A stretch of DNA of 64,000 nucleotides from an uncultured Clostridia bacterium (GCA_947632025.1 CANRNN010000006.1:72030-136029); one strand, 5' to 3'. Shown: positions 1 to 10,505, counted from the stretch's first letter. Program-made: numbers and translations. The notes: generated by a model not told the origin, from the sequence alone.

Positions 1-149
1 TCGGAAGCGCGGCAAGGTTCCGCGCCGTGTCGGACGCTGTAGGAGAGGCAAAGGATATACTGAACAATATCCGCGCGGATTCGTCGGACGAGCGGCTTAA
101 AAATCTGGATAAGGCATTGGAAAAGATCAAGCTGGAGATAAACAGCTAG
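1..149 (+). CDS. ylxM: 3' end of YlxM-like SRP-associated protein (partial)
   Basis: Open frame from position 3 to TAG at 147-149 (..AVGEAKDILNNIRADSSDERLKNLDKALEKIKLEINS*), helical, directly upstream of ffh, which is the usual ylxM position. The call rests mainly on synteny. Confidence 0.6.
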   Translation, partial: GSAARFRAVSDAVGEAKDILNNIRADSSDERLKNLDKALEKIKLEINS

Positions 150-196
150 AGCCGGATCAAAAATCATATATGTAATCACAGAGAGGTGTGTTGAGG

Positions 197-1555
197 TTGG
201 CTTTTGAGGGATTGTCACAGAAGCTTAACAGCGTTTTCGGAAAGCTCAGAGGTCACGGAAAGCTCACCGAAAAGGATATAAAGGACGCAATGCGCGAGGT
301 GCGAATGGCACTTCTCGACGCTGACGTGAATTTCAAGGTCGCTAAGGACTTTGTCGCGAGAGTAAGTGAAAAGGCTTTGGGAGCGCAGGTGCTTGAAAGC
401 CTTACTCCTGCGCAGCAGGTGATAGATATAGTCCACGGAGAGCTTATCGAGCTTATGGGAAATACTACCGCGAAGCTCAATTTTCCGAGCAAGCCGCCGT
501 GCGTCATTATGATGTGCGGACTTCAGGGCGCAGGTAAAACCACTCACTGTGCAAAGCTTGCAAAGTGGCTCGAAGGTCAGAACCGCAGACCGCTGCTCGT
601 GGCGTGCGACGTATATCGTCCGGCTGCGATAGAACAGCTGCATATCGTCGGCGAAAAGGTCGGCGCGAAAGTCTATGACGAGGGTCAGGGAGATCCTGTT
701 AGGATAGCGAAAAACGGCATAAAACTCGCGAAGGACAACGGTTATGATACCGTGCTGCTGGATACGGCGGGTCGTCTGCATATAGATGAAACGCTTATGC
801 AGGAGCTTAAGAATATAAAGGCGGAAGTTTCGCCGAATGAGATACTGCTTGTCGTGGACTCCATGACGGGTCAGGACGCGGTGAACGTCGCGGAGAGCTT
901 TAACTCCGCACTCGATATCACGGGTGTTATTCTGACTAAGCTCGACGGCGATACAAGAGGCGGCGCGGCGCTTACTGTACTGGAGATAACGGGAAAGCCG
1001 ATAAAGTTCGCGGGTATAGGCGAAAAGCCCGAAGATCTGGAACCGTTCTATCCCGACCGTATGGCGAACAGAATACTCGGAATGGGCGACGTGCTGACGC
1101 TTATCGACAAGGCAAAAGCCGCTGTCGACGAGAAAGCCGCGATGGATACCGTCAAGAAGCTTCAGGAGAATAAGTTTGACCTCAACGATATGTACGCGCA
1201 GTTTGAGCAGATAGAGAAAATGGGCAACGTCCGCTCGCTGCTGAATATGATTCCCGGAGTTGCGGGGAAGATAAAGGACGAGGATATTGACGAGAAAAAG
1301 CTTCCGCATACAAAAGCGATAATCTCCTCGATGACAAAGCGCGAACGCGAGAAACCGTCGATAATCGACGGCAAGAGAAAACGCCGTATCGCAGCGGGTT
1401 CGGGAACGTCCGTTGAGGAAGTGAACGTGCTGCTGAAACAGTTTGACCAGATGCAGAAGATGATGAAGCAAATGGGTATTATGGGCGGCAAGAAGCGCAA
1501 ATTCCCCCGATTTCCGATGAACATGGGCGGCATGGGCGGTTTTCCGGGAATGTAA
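197..1555 (+). CDS. ffh: Signal recognition particle protein Ffh
   Basis: GLQGAGKTT P-loop, DTAGR, TKLDGDTRGG, and a Met-rich M domain. Probable TTG start at 197 (MAFEGL); ORF track starts at 188. Confidence 0.98.
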   Translation: MAFEGLSQKLNSVFGKLRGHGKLTEKDIKDAMREVRMALLDADVNFKVAKDFVARVSEKALGAQVLESLTPAQQVIDIVHGELIELMGNTTAKLNFPSKPPCVIMMCGLQGAGKTTHCAKLAKWLEGQNRRPLLVACDVYRPAAIEQLHIVGEKVGAKVYDEGQGDPVRIAKNGIKLAKDNGYDTVLLDTAGRLHIDETLMQELKNIKAEVSPNEILLVVDSMTGQDAVNVAESFNSALDITGVILTKLDGDTRGGAALTVLEITGKPIKFAGIGEKPEDLEPFYPDRMANRILGMGDVLTLIDKAKAAVDEKAAMDTVKKLQENKFDLNDMYAQFEQIEKMGNVRSLLNMIPGVAGKIKDEDIDEKKLPHTKAIISSMTKREREKPSIIDGKRKRRIAAGSGTSVEEVNVLLKQFDQMQKMMKQMGIMGGKKRKFPRFPMNMGGMGGFPGM

Positions 1556-1567
1556 GAGGAGCGGGAT

Positions 1568-1774
1568 ATGAGCAGCAAAGAATTTTTTAATGTGTTTAAG
1601 TGGTTTAGTCCTTTGTGCATCGCGCTGGGAGTTCTTGTTGCGGTCTTGCTTATAAAGAAAGTAAGCTTTATCGGGCGTTCGTCGGGATACATGAGGGCGC
1701 GTTGGTGGTTTACGTCGGTGTTGCTTGCAGCAATAGGGATTATGGCTATTGTGTTGTGGATCGTTGGGGTATAA
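1568..1774 (+). CDS. Small two-TM membrane protein, hypothetical
   Basis: 68 aa with two hydrophobic stretches; GAGGAG RBS upstream. Confidence 0.6.
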   Translation: MSSKEFFNVFKWFSPLCIALGVLVAVLLIKKVSFIGRSSGYMRARWWFTSVLLAAIGIMAIVLWIVGV

Positions 1775-1842
1775 CACTTTTTCGCATAAAACAGGTACTT
1801 ACCTGATTTTATATAACGATTATTGAAAGGAGAAATAATCCG

Positions 1843-2070
1843 ATGGCAGTTAAAATCAGACTGAGAAGAATGGGCGCGAAGAAAGCCCCGTTCTACCGCG
1901 TTGTAGTCGCTGATTCCCGTTTTCCGCGTGACGGAAGATTCATTGAGGAAATCGGCTACTATGACCCCACCAAAGAGCCTGCTGTTGTCAACATCGACAA
2001 GGAAAAGGCGGACGCTTGGATCAAAAAAGGCGCGCAGCCTACAGACACGGTTAAAAGACTCTTAAAGTAA
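1843..2070 (+). CDS. rpsP: 30S ribosomal protein S16
   Basis: [42 protein letters not shown]. Confidence 0.99.
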   Translation: MAVKIRLRRMGAKKAPFYRVVVADSRFPRDGRFIEEIGYYDPTKEPAVVNIDKEKADAWIKKGAQPTDTVKRLLK

Positions 2071-2175
2071 TTCAGTAAAGTAAAGCAAAAGGTTATTTGG
2101 CAAAGGTATTTTAGTACTCATCGCAACCTCATGCATAATTTACCACAGCAATTAACCGCTATGGAGGGAAAGGCA

Positions 2176-2412
2176 ATGATGAAAGAACTTCTTATCACCA
2201 TCGCAACAGCGCTGGTTGAGGACAAAACAGCGGTTGAGGTAACAGCGGACGAGCCTAATGAAGAGGGCGTTATCGTTTATCACCTGCACGTCGGACCTGA
2301 CGACATGGGACGCGTTATAGGTAAACAGGGCAGAATCGCAAAGGCTATCCGCACTGTTATGCGCGCGGGCGCGGTTCGCGCCAACGAGAAGATTTCCGTT
2401 GAAATCGATTGA
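2176..2412 (+). CDS. khpA: KH-domain RNA-binding protein KhpA
   Basis: DMGRVIGKQGRIAKAIR KH motif, follows rpsP; GGAGGG RBS at 2163-2168 favours a start at 2176/2179. Confidence 0.93.
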   Translation: MMKELLITIATALVEDKTAVEVTADEPNEEGVIVYHLHVGPDDMGRVIGKQGRIAKAIRTVMRAGAVRANEKISVEID

Positions 2413-2443
2413 TTTGTCTAGACGGTTATCACATGGAAATAGG

Positions 2444-2472
2444 AAACGTCCGCGAGTTTTCGCGGACGTTTT
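2444..2472. terminator. Bidirectional intrinsic terminator
   Basis: AAACGTCCGCGA-gttt-TCGCGGACGTTT between convergent genes. Confidence 0.8.
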
Positions 2473-2508
2473 GTCAATTTAATTAGTCTATGCGTAAGAC
2501 TTTTTGGC

Positions 2509-2850
2509 TCAGAAGTTGCTTCCGTTCCAGCCCCAGTTTTCCGTCGGAGAATATTTCACATAAACGCAGTTTGAAGGAACACCGAGCGTATCTCCGAGAG
2601 CTTTGCAGATTATCCCCGTAAGCTTGCTGTAAGCCGAATCGGGCGCGCTTCCGTAAAGATTTACTTCAACAAAGGCTATTTTCGGCGAGCGCTCTCCCTT
2701 AAAATAAAGCGGAACGTTCTGCTCGAATCCTACCATAAGCCACTGCTCGCTCTTGCCGAGGACAGGCATAGCCGAGCCGTAAGCAGCTTTGAGGTTGTCC
2801 ATCTGCTGTTCTGTCATCTCACCGGAAAATTTTGTGTTGATAAAAGGCAT
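2509..2850 (-). CDS. MIF/phenylpyruvate tautomerase-superfamily protein
   Basis: N-terminal Met-Pro (MPFINTK), 113 aa, C-terminal WGWNGSNF typical of MIF-like proteins. Confidence 0.85.
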   Translation of the reverse strand: MPFINTKFSGEMTEQQMDNLKAAYGSAMPVLGKSEQWLMVGFEQNVPLYFKGERSPKIAFVEVNLYGSAPDSAYSKLTGIICKALGDTLGVPSNCVYVKYSPTENWGWNGSNF

Positions 2851-2989
2851 TTCAAATTCCTCCCAAATAAATTTTACTTAAAGTATACCACATTCTGCCG
2901 TATTTGTCAAGGGCTTCCGCAGACTTCAGGTTTTCTTTTTTTCTGAACGTTTTTGTTTTTAAAAAATTGTTAAATCTGCAAAAATATTC

Positions 2990-3018
2990 TTGACAAGTAC
3001 GAAAAATTTTTGTATAAT
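2990..3018 (+). promoter_or_regulatory. SigA promoter of the MCP gene
   Basis: TTGACA(2990-2995)-17 bp-TATAAT(3013-3018), perfect consensus. Confidence 0.8.
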
Positions 3019-3053
3019 ATATATAGTAATAAAAAATGAAAGGGTGTTTCAAT

Positions 3054-4973
3054 ATGTCCAGGCTTGGCAAAAAGCTGATCGGCTGTTTCCTGATATGCCT
3101 CGTGATAGCGATCGCGACAGTAAATACCATTGCAATGTTTATGTCCGCTAATATCATAAGAACGATAATGGCGGAACAGAATGTTTCAAGTGTGAATGAC
3201 ATCAAGGCGGAACTTACAGACGAGGTGTTCCGTCTGAGAACAATTTTCCAGACAATGGATTCCCTCGACCTCACGTTGGAGGGAAAAGAGTCCGACGCTA
3301 TGAAGGTATGGGAACTGCAGAAGAACACTGACAGCGAATTCGCCGCTTTCTGCGATACAACGGGAAAAATGTACTTCAAGACCGAAAATTTTCCGCTGTC
3401 GGACTTTAATGTGGCGGACGGTCTTAGCGGAGGATATATGGGCGCTGTGGTCGATTCCGCAGCTGACCTTACAATCCAGGTGTGCAAGCCTATCGAGCGC
3501 AACGGCAAAACCGTCGGAGTGGCAATAATAGGAATGCTTCTGTCCGAAAGCGCATGGATAGACAAAATAAAGGAAAATACAGGCTCGGAGATCACTATAT
3601 TCACGGGTGATACCCGCCTTGCAACGACCCTTATTGACGATAGCGGAAATCGTGCCGTAGGTACGCAGATGTCCAACGCTATCAAGAAAACCGTTATCGA
3701 CAACGGTCAGGTCTATAAGGGAGAGGCTAAACTCTTCGGCAAGAATCATTACGTTACATATGAGCCTATGCCCGATATCCACGGAAAAATAGTCGGCGCG
3801 TATTTTTCGGGATACGCTTCGGCTGAAACGGATACCATGAAGTACACCCTTATAATTACAACAATTATTTCGGCAGTGGTTATAGCAGTGTTGGCGTCGT
3901 TCCTTATTATTTCTTTTAACAGAAATACTATTATCAAGCCCATCAAGGAGGCAAATAAGGTAGCCGAAAATATGGCGAACGGTAACTTTAAGCCGAGCGA
4001 GTCAACATATAAATTCGCCAATGATGAACTCGGAGATTTTGTCCGTAAGCTGGAATCCACTAAGAGCGAACTCAATAACTACATAGGTGATATAAATTTC
4101 GTTTTGTCGGGAATGGCAACGGGAGATTTTACGGTTCGCCCGAAAGTCGCATATCTGGGCGATTTTGCCGAGATCCGCGATTCTTTCTCGACTATCCAGA
4201 CCTCTCTGCGCTCTATGATAGGGAATATCGGACAGTCGGCGCGTGATGTAAAGAACGGTTCGGAGCAGATAGCCGAGGGCGCTCAGGTGCTTGCGGAAGG
4301 TACTACCGAGCAGGCGGCGGCTATAGAGCAGCTTTCAGCGTCCATTCAGGATATAGCGGATAAGGTTCAGCAGTCCGCCGGAAACGCTGCTGAGGCTTCA
4401 AAGATCTCTACCCAGACCTCCGATAAGATAATTTATCAGGATAAAGAGATCAAGAATATGCTTGCCGCTATGGACGAGATAAAGGAAAAATCCGACCAGA
4501 TCCAGAACATTATCAAGGCGATAGACGATATTGCGTTCCAGACAAATATTCTCGCTTTGAACGCCGCGATAGAAGCGGCAAGAGCGGGCGCGGCAGGCAA
4601 AGGCTTCGCGGTAGTAGCGGACGAGGTAAGAAATCTGGCAGCGAAATCCGCAGAATCCGCTCAACAGACAGGCGACCTCATAAACGCTACGATACAGGCA
4701 GTAGACAAGGGAACCGTTATAGCACAGTCGACCGCGGAAACAATGAAGGAAGTAACGTCGCTGTCGGATAAGACGAACCAGTACATTACGGATATTTCGT
4801 CGGCTTCGGAAGAACAGGCGGAGTCCATTACTCAGGTAAAGATAGGCATAGAGCGTATCTCGACGGTAGTTCAGCAGAATTCCGCGACAGCCGAGCAGAC
4901 CGCGGCGTCCTGCGAGGAGCTTTCAAGCCAGTCGGCAACACTCGAATCTCAGATCGAGAAATTTGTAGTCTGA
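3054..4973 (+). CDS. Methyl-accepting chemotaxis protein (Cache sensor, HAMP, MCP signal domain)
   Basis: Two TM helices flanking a Cache-like region; [37 protein letters not shown] signalling hairpin. Start 3054 preferred over 3036. Confidence 0.95.
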   Translation: MSRLGKKLIGCFLICLVIAIATVNTIAMFMSANIIRTIMAEQNVSSVNDIKAELTDEVFRLRTIFQTMDSLDLTLEGKESDAMKVWELQKNTDSEFAAFCDTTGKMYFKTENFPLSDFNVADGLSGGYMGAVVDSAADLTIQVCKPIERNGKTVGVAIIGMLLSESAWIDKIKENTGSEITIFTGDTRLATTLIDDSGNRAVGTQMSNAIKKTVIDNGQVYKGEAKLFGKNHYVTYEPMPDIHGKIVGAYFSGYASAETDTMKYTLIITTIISAVVIAVLASFLIISFNRNTIIKPIKEANKVAENMANGNFKPSESTYKFANDELGDFVRKLESTKSELNNYIGDINFVLSGMATGDFTVRPKVAYLGDFAEIRDSFSTIQTSLRSMIGNIGQSARDVKNGSEQIAEGAQVLAEGTTEQAAAIEQLSASIQDIADKVQQSAGNAAEASKISTQTSDKIIYQDKEIKNMLAAMDEIKEKSDQIQNIIKAIDDIAFQTNILALNAAIEAARAGAAGKGFAVVADEVRNLAAKSAESAQQTGDLINATIQAVDKGTVIAQSTAETMKEVTSLSDKTNQYITDISSASEEQAESITQVKIGIERISTVVQQNSATAEQTAASCEELSSQSATLESQIEKFVV

Positions 4974-5029
4974 AAATTCATGCGTTAAAGTTCCAAATGT
5001 TTCAAACGCGCAAAACGAATTATAAGCAC

Positions 5030-5061
5030 AAAAATCCCGCGATACACTCGCGGGATTTCTT
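5030..5061. terminator. Intrinsic terminator between MCP and rnpB
   Basis: AAATCCCGCGA-tacac-TCGCGGGATTT. Confidence 0.7.
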
Positions 5062-5111
5062 GTTAGGCAAGAAGCGGGGCGTCGTTTGCCTTAGCCTCTT
5101 GCTTTCTGAAA

Positions 5112-5453
5112 GTGACTCCATCGGTAAGCCGAGTTCTGTCGTGTATGGTCATCTATCTAGCCCTGCCGTCGCCGGCAGGATCGAGCCACCTTTCAACGAG
5201 GCGCGCCGAGCAGACGCGTTACTCCCCGCACCAATCGGTGTTGCATCGGATAGGGTTTACACGGCAGCGCAGTCTCCCGCGCTCCGGTGAGCTTTTACCT
5301 CGCCATTCCACCCTTACAGTAAAAACTGCGGTATATTTTCTGTTGCACTAGCCCTGAGGTCGCCCTCGGCTGACGTTATCAGCTATCCTGCTCTGTGATG
5401 CTCGGACTTTCCTCATGACGCTCTCGCGCCCCGCGACCATATAATGAAGTCAC
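5112..5453 (-). ncRNA. rnpB: RNase P RNA (bacterial type A)
   Basis: Minus strand contains GAGGAAAGUCCGAGC near the 5' end and ACAGAACUCGGCUUAC near the 3' end; terminal GUGAC/GUCAC P1 helix; TTGATT-17-TATAAT promoter at 5488-5460. Confidence 0.96.
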
Positions 5454-5684
5454 CTCATTATTATAACATATTTTTCGGAAAAAATCAAGTGGTGGGTCAG
5501 AGCTTCGGCTTTATTCGCCCGATTTTTTTGTATAGGGTATTAAAATCACTTGAAAAAGATTACTGTTTGTGGTAGAATATAAAAGGAATGTTTTTTTCTG
5601 TTTATAATGATTTTTGCGAACCGGAGATCTTTACTCTTCTCCGTTTATGGCGAACCGCAAAATGTCAACAAAGGAGTGCTGAAT

Positions 5685-6323
5685 ATGTCAAAAGTAAGCT
5701 GGAAAGGCGGAACAATGCTCTCGCCCGTGCCCGCTGTGCTGGTTTCCTGCGGCAGTATGGAAAAGCCCACGGCGCTTACTGTAGCCTGGACGGGGATAAT
5801 AAGCTCCGACCCGCCGAGAATGTATATCTCTGTGCGTCCGGAGCGGAATTCCTACAATATCATCAAGGAAAGCGGCGAATTCGCCGTGAATATGCTTCCG
5901 TCGTCGTTTACAAGGCAGCTCGACTACTGCGGGATAAAATCGGGAAGAAACGAGGATAAGCTCGCAAAGAAAAAGCTTACGGCAATACCTTGCGGAAAAA
6001 TATCGGCACCACAGATAGCACAAAGTAAAATTTCACTGGAGTGTAAAGTTTTCGACGTTATACCGCAGGGCTCGCATGATATGTTCTTAGCCGATATACT
6101 CGCCGTGAATATCGAGGAGGATCTTATCGACGAAAATGGCAGGCTCTGCATAGAAAAGGCGGGGCTTGCGGCTTACGCGCACGGAACGTACTTTGCGCTC
6201 GGCAAGAAAATAGGCACGTTCGGATATTCGTGCAGAACAAAGCGCACAAAAGAAGTCGCGAGGAAAAATCCTCCGAAAAGATCCGGAAACTCCGGTAAAA
6301 AGTCCGCGAAGAAAAAGGGATAA
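5685..6323 (+). CDS. Flavin reductase-like FMN-binding protein
   Basis: PVPAVLVSCG, ISVRPERNSY, GEFAVN, GSHDMFLA; AAGGAG RBS before ATG 5685; Lys-rich tail. Confidence 0.9.
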   Translation: MSKVSWKGGTMLSPVPAVLVSCGSMEKPTALTVAWTGIISSDPPRMYISVRPERNSYNIIKESGEFAVNMLPSSFTRQLDYCGIKSGRNEDKLAKKKLTAIPCGKISAPQIAQSKISLECKVFDVIPQGSHDMFLADILAVNIEEDLIDENGRLCIEKAGLAAYAHGTYFALGKKIGTFGYSCRTKRTKEVARKNPPKRSGNSGKKSAKKKG

Positions 6324-6325
6324 AT

Positions 6326-6994
6326 ATGGTACATATAGGTAACGAATGGGACGAGCTTCTGGCAGGCGAGTTCCAAAAGGAATATTATCTGAAGCTCAGA
6401 CAGTTTTTGATCTCCGAGTATAATTCAAGGCGTATCTACCCGCCGATGAACGATATCTTCAATTCGCTGAAATATACGCCGTACAACAGCGTCAAGGCGG
6501 TGATACTCGGACAGGATCCGTATCACGGCGCGGGTCAGGCGCACGGGCTGTGCTTTTCGGTAAAAAGAGGTGTCGTGCCGCCGCCGTCGCTTCAGAATAT
6601 TTTCAAGGAAATTCAGGCGGAACTCGGTTTTCCTGTTCCCGAACACGGCGAGCTTACGGAATGGGCAAAGCGAGGAGTGCTGCTTCTAAATACCGTCCTC
6701 ACCGTCCGCGAGGGAAATCCTAATTCCCATAAAGGAATGGGCTGGGAGCAGTTTACCGACCGCGTGATAACACTTCTGAACGAGCGCGAAAAGCCGATAG
6801 TTTTCCTGCTCTGGGGCGGTAACGCCAGAGCAAAGGCGCGGCTTATCACAAATCCCGCACATCTGGTTTTGCAATGCGCTCACCCAAGCCCGTTGTCGGC
6901 TTATAACGGATTTTTCGGGTGCGGACACTTTGCTGCCGCAAACGAATTTCTCCGGAAAAATGATATCGAGCCGATAGACTGGCGGCTCGAATGA
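6326..6994 (+). CDS. ung: Uracil-DNA glycosylase (family 1)
   Basis: GQDPYH, GVLLLN, HPSPLS motifs. Confidence 0.98.
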   Translation: MVHIGNEWDELLAGEFQKEYYLKLRQFLISEYNSRRIYPPMNDIFNSLKYTPYNSVKAVILGQDPYHGAGQAHGLCFSVKRGVVPPPSLQNIFKEIQAELGFPVPEHGELTEWAKRGVLLLNTVLTVREGNPNSHKGMGWEQFTDRVITLLNEREKPIVFLLWGGNARAKARLITNPAHLVLQCAHPSPLSAYNGFFGCGHFAAANEFLRKNDIEPIDWRLE

Positions 6995-7015
6995 CTTAAA
7001 CTGTGTGGTGAAATT

Positions 7016-8164
7016 ATGCTTGAATATTGCGTCTGCCCGAAGTGTCAGCGTATGATAATGCTCGACAGCGATTTCGAGAGCGGATTTTGCTGCGTGTGCG
7101 GTACTCATATTTCATACGAGGAATCCCGTGAGGAGCTGTTGGCAGGACTGCGCGCCTCTGTTCCCGATGAAATTGCTTTAGAGAATGTATCGGGACTTAT
7201 CGAAGAGGAAGTTCCCGAAGAGCCGGCGGAGGGACAGGCAGAGTGCCGCAACGAGTGCGCTAAGGGTGCAGACCTGCTCGGACAGTGGGATTTTACGGGA
7301 GCATTCGACGCTTTTAATAGGGCGCTTGAGTATTATCCGACGGATTTTGAGAGCTGCTGCGGTATAATGGTCGCGGGAATATTGCGGCTAAAGGATACGG
7401 AAAACTGGGAGAAATATCTCTCGGACTGCCTTGAAAAGATCCGCTCCCAAAGTAACTGGAATATGGCTTCAAGGGCTTTGGAGTATGTTCTCGGAATAAT
7501 AAAAAAATTCCTCTCAAAGGGCGGGAGATATGTATCGCCAAGCTTCACCATCGGATTTTTTGAGCGTGTTACAAGAAGCTTTCCCGCTCTCAAACAGACC
7601 GCAGCCGAGATACTGGCGCATTGTCTGAATGTCGAAAACGCGCCGTTCACCGACGCTGCACGGCTCGACCACGAAACTACGCGGTTCGCCGTTGGAAATT
7701 GCCCCGCCGAGCCCGACAAGGTCTTAAGGCGCGGAATGCTGCTTATAATGCGCTGCCACTGCGATATGAGGGTAAAGGAATCGCTTTGCAGAGCGCTTTA
7801 CGTCTACGACAGAGCGGTCTGGTTAAAGTCTAAAGACACGGCTCGGATAAACGACGCGACTGCGCTGTGTGAGGAAATGACGACGGGCGAATTTCCGCCG
7901 GAGGACGTGAGGATAGTACTGAACACGATCTACGATTTCCTGATGATGGGCGGAATAGAGCAAAACACGACCGAGCGTGAAAAAATACTTTTTCTCTCGA
8001 CGGTTTACTCATACGAGCAGATGCGCCGTTTAGAGCGTTTTTTCAGCGGAAAGATCTTCTTTAACAAAGTCTACGCGGAGGTTTTTTTGAAACAGAAAGG
8101 CGCGTCGCTCATCTCTCCCGAATATAAAAGGATACAGGCAAAAATAAAGCAGCTCTCAAATTAG
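7016..8164 (+). CDS. Hypothetical protein with N-terminal Zn-ribbon (CPKC..CCVC) and TPR-like helices
   Basis: Cys pairs at the N-terminus; GAFDAFNRALEYYPTDFE resembles a TPR unit. Confidence 0.7.
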   Translation: MLEYCVCPKCQRMIMLDSDFESGFCCVCGTHISYEESREELLAGLRASVPDEIALENVSGLIEEEVPEEPAEGQAECRNECAKGADLLGQWDFTGAFDAFNRALEYYPTDFESCCGIMVAGILRLKDTENWEKYLSDCLEKIRSQSNWNMASRALEYVLGIIKKFLSKGGRYVSPSFTIGFFERVTRSFPALKQTAAEILAHCLNVENAPFTDAARLDHETTRFAVGNCPAEPDKVLRRGMLLIMRCHCDMRVKESLCRALYVYDRAVWLKSKDTARINDATALCEEMTTGEFPPEDVRIVLNTIYDFLMMGGIEQNTTEREKILFLSTVYSYEQMRRLERFFSGKIFFNKVYAEVFLKQKGASLISPEYKRIQAKIKQLSN

Positions 8165-9375
8165 CTTTCGTCCGAAGGGCGGCTGTGTGAAGCGGGATCT
8201 GTACCGAATTCTATCGGCTGCGGTCGGGCTATGTTTCCGTGAATGACATAATTCAATACCAGCTTCACACCGTTTTCGTCGGGAAAATACATTTCGGCAC
8301 AGGACGAAATATCATATCCGGAAAGGAAATTTTCCTCGTAATTTTTCTGCATTTCCGAAAGCTCCGAAACACACGTTTCGGGGCTTCTTTGTATGGTTTT
8401 GGTGACATATTCCGTGAAAGTCCCTTCTCGTATTTTCAGCGCAGTCTGTTCGCCGAAGAGCTTTACTACACGGGTTTCCTCTGTGTAAAGAGAATTTTCA
8501 CGAAACGCTTTTCCGAAGAAAAGCGGATAGGTTTCGCCGCCGACAACAAGATACTTGAAGGTTGTTTTTTCGCCTTCGGGAACAGAGATGTCCTCGCGGA
8601 AGGGAACATAGAATTCGGTCGTTTCCTGCCATTCACCGATGATCTCGGCTTCGGAATGAACGACCAGAGTTCCGTCACCGCCGTCCGAAAAAACACCCGA
8701 AACCAATAGCTGACCCGCTGTTACCTCGTCGCCGTAGGCGATCTCGGAATGACCCTCGCGGACTATCTGTCCGACGATTTTCGCGTTTCGGGAAGCGACG
8801 ATGTTTTGTGGCTCGGAGGTTTCCATTTCAGGAATTTCCGTGCCTTTTTCAACGCGGGCATTTACTCGGAAGCCCTCGCACGAAACGTCCACCCACGCAC
8901 AGTTCTCGACTTCGAGCATAAGACGATGTTCCGCTTCGGAAAGCCGCAGACCATTTATTTTTGCGCCGCGGACAATGCCGCTTTCGGCAAGGATAGAGAG
9001 AACGATGCTTTCGGATTCATCGCCCGTAACAGCGATGTCCTGAACTCTCGTCTGCCACAGAGAAAGAGAAGTGATAAATATCAGGGCTCCGATATAGATA
9101 CCGACACGACGTTTGTATTTCACAAGGTCGAAGTACAGTCCACGTCTTGCACCGGAGCGTATTTTCACGCCGTTTCTGCGTGCTGTTTTTGCCGTGATGA
9201 AATAGTCGGAGGGAGATACCTCGCCGGAGATACCGACGTCGGTAAATTTGATATTCCTTACCGATATGCCGTTTTCGAGAAGCTCGGAAATCATTTTCTC
9301 ACGGAATCCGCCGATACCCGAAAATTTCACGCTTCCGAAATATAATCCGCTGTGTTGACTGAATTTATCCTTCAT
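8161..9375 (-). CDS. yqfD: Sporulation protein YqfD (SpoIV-like)
   Basis: WQ.RVQDIAVTG, QNIVASRNAKI..GE..GQLLVSG pattern, downstream of a YqfC-like gene; GGAGG RBS favours ATG 9375. Confidence 0.85.
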   Translation of the reverse strand: MKDKFSQHSGLYFGSVKFSGIGGFREKMISELLENGISVRNIKFTDVGISGEVSPSDYFITAKTARRNGVKIRSGARRGLYFDLVKYKRRVGIYIGALIFITSLSLWQTRVQDIAVTGDESESIVLSILAESGIVRGAKINGLRLSEAEHRLMLEVENCAWVDVSCEGFRVNARVEKGTEIPEMETSEPQNIVASRNAKIVGQIVREGHSEIAYGDEVTAGQLLVSGVFSDGGDGTLVVHSEAEIIGEWQETTEFYVPFREDISVPEGEKTTFKYLVVGGETYPLFFGKAFRENSLYTEETRVVKLFGEQTALKIREGTFTEYVTKTIQRSPETCVSELSEMQKNYEENFLSGYDISSCAEMYFPDENGVKLVLNYVIHGNIARPQPIEFGTDPASHSRPSDES

Positions 9376-9389
9376 ATTATCCTCCGAAT

Positions 9390-9671
9390 TCAAAAATTCC
9401 CGTCCTCGTCAAAACTCAGCGAGTGTATAACACCCGATATTTTCACGCCGTTCACTCCGAAATTTTCAAGCACAAGCGGCTCTCCTACGACCTTTATGTC
9501 CATTCCGAAAACAGACAGCGCTATAAAATTCCCGTCGCAGCTTTTAACGCATTTGCAGTTTTCGACAAATAATTCAGCTCCGCCGCGATAACCGTTTTTT
9601 GACACGAGCGTTATCGTACACTGCTTTGAAGCCTGCTCCTCAAATTGAAGAAGCGAATTTTTCAGTCCCAT
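9390..9671 (-). CDS. YabP/YqfC-family sporulation protein
   Basis: 93 aa, VENCKCV...L.V.G..L.LE....NGVKISG.I.SL pattern, upstream of yqfD. Confidence 0.8.
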   Translation of the reverse strand: MGLKNSLLQFEEQASKQCTITLVSKNGYRGGAELFVENCKCVKSCDGNFIALSVFGMDIKVVGEPLVLENFGVNGVKISGVIHSLSFDEDGNF

Positions 9672-9829
9672 AAAAATTCCCCCAAAAATAATTTATATAA
9701 GTATATTCATTTTTTCAAAAAATAGAACAAAGTGATTTTTGATAAAAATTTATTGTTTTTCGATAAAAAACTATTGACAAAAAGAAAAAAGTATGGTATA
9801 ATAAATTAAATGAAAGAGAGGCGTTGATT

Positions 9830-10273
9830 ATGTGGAATAAAGACAGATCGGTCATACTGTCGCAAATTGTCATTAAAATTTTTTATGCTGTGATAGTTTT
9901 TTGCTGCGTCGCGGCTCCGAATCTTGTGAATTATTACAGCGAAAAAATCGGCGATGAAACAGTGGTGCTGCCGCTTCTGATAACGCTTTACGCGTGCGTG
10001 CCGCCGTCGGTCGCCGCGCTTGTGTGCCTTGATATTTTGCTTGCGAATATCAAGAAAAATAACCCGTTTGTGATGCAGAATGTAGTTTTGCTGAGGATAA
10101 TTTCCTATTGTTGCTTTGCGGTAAGTCTGATTTTTGTTTACTTCTCGTTCTTGCGTCCGTTTGCGTTTTCGATAGTGTTTGCGGGGGCGTTTTTCGGCAT
10201 AATATTGCGTGTTGTGAAGAACTGTTTCCGTCAGGCTATTGAAATTCGGGAAGAAAATGATTTTACTGTCTGA
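9830..10273 (+). CDS. DUF2975-family membrane protein
   Basis: Four TM segments; C-terminal VVKNCFRQAIEIREENDFTV; precedes an XRE gene as is usual for the family. Confidence 0.85.
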   Translation: MWNKDRSVILSQIVIKIFYAVIVFCCVAAPNLVNYYSEKIGDETVVLPLLITLYACVPPSVAALVCLDILLANIKKNNPFVMQNVVLLRIISYCCFAVSLIFVYFSFLRPFAFSIVFAGAFFGIILRVVKNCFRQAIEIREENDFTV

Positions 10274-10283
10274 GGTGAATGGT

Positions 10284-10505
10284 ATGATTGTTGTGAACTT
10301 GGACGTAATGATGGCGAAGCGGAAAATTTCATCTAATGAGCTTGCCGAAATGATTGAGATCACCCCCGCGAATTTATCAATATTAAAGCGCGAAAAAGCT
10401 AAAGCGATACGTTTTTCGACGCTTGATAAACTGTGCCGTGCGCTCGACTGTCAGCCGGGAGATCTGTTGGAATTTGTCGACGATGAATATGATGAGGAGG
10501 ACTAG
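10284..10505 (+). CDS. XRE/Cro-C1 HTH transcriptional regulator (YozG-like)
   Basis: IVVNLDVMMAKRK...LSILK..KAKAIRFSTLDKLC.ALDCQPGDLLE. Confidence 0.93.
   Translation: MIVVNLDVMMAKRKISSNELAEMIEITPANLSILKREKAKAIRFSTLDKLCRALDCQPGDLLEFVDDEYDEED

Noticed and set aside
215-1777. 520-aa antisense ORF opposite ffh (likewise 40224-41477 opposite ppdK, 18384-19403, 35610-36419, 36760-37584, 49990-50814)
   Set aside because: Shadow ORFs arising from codon bias of well-supported genes on the other strand; no motifs or RBS.
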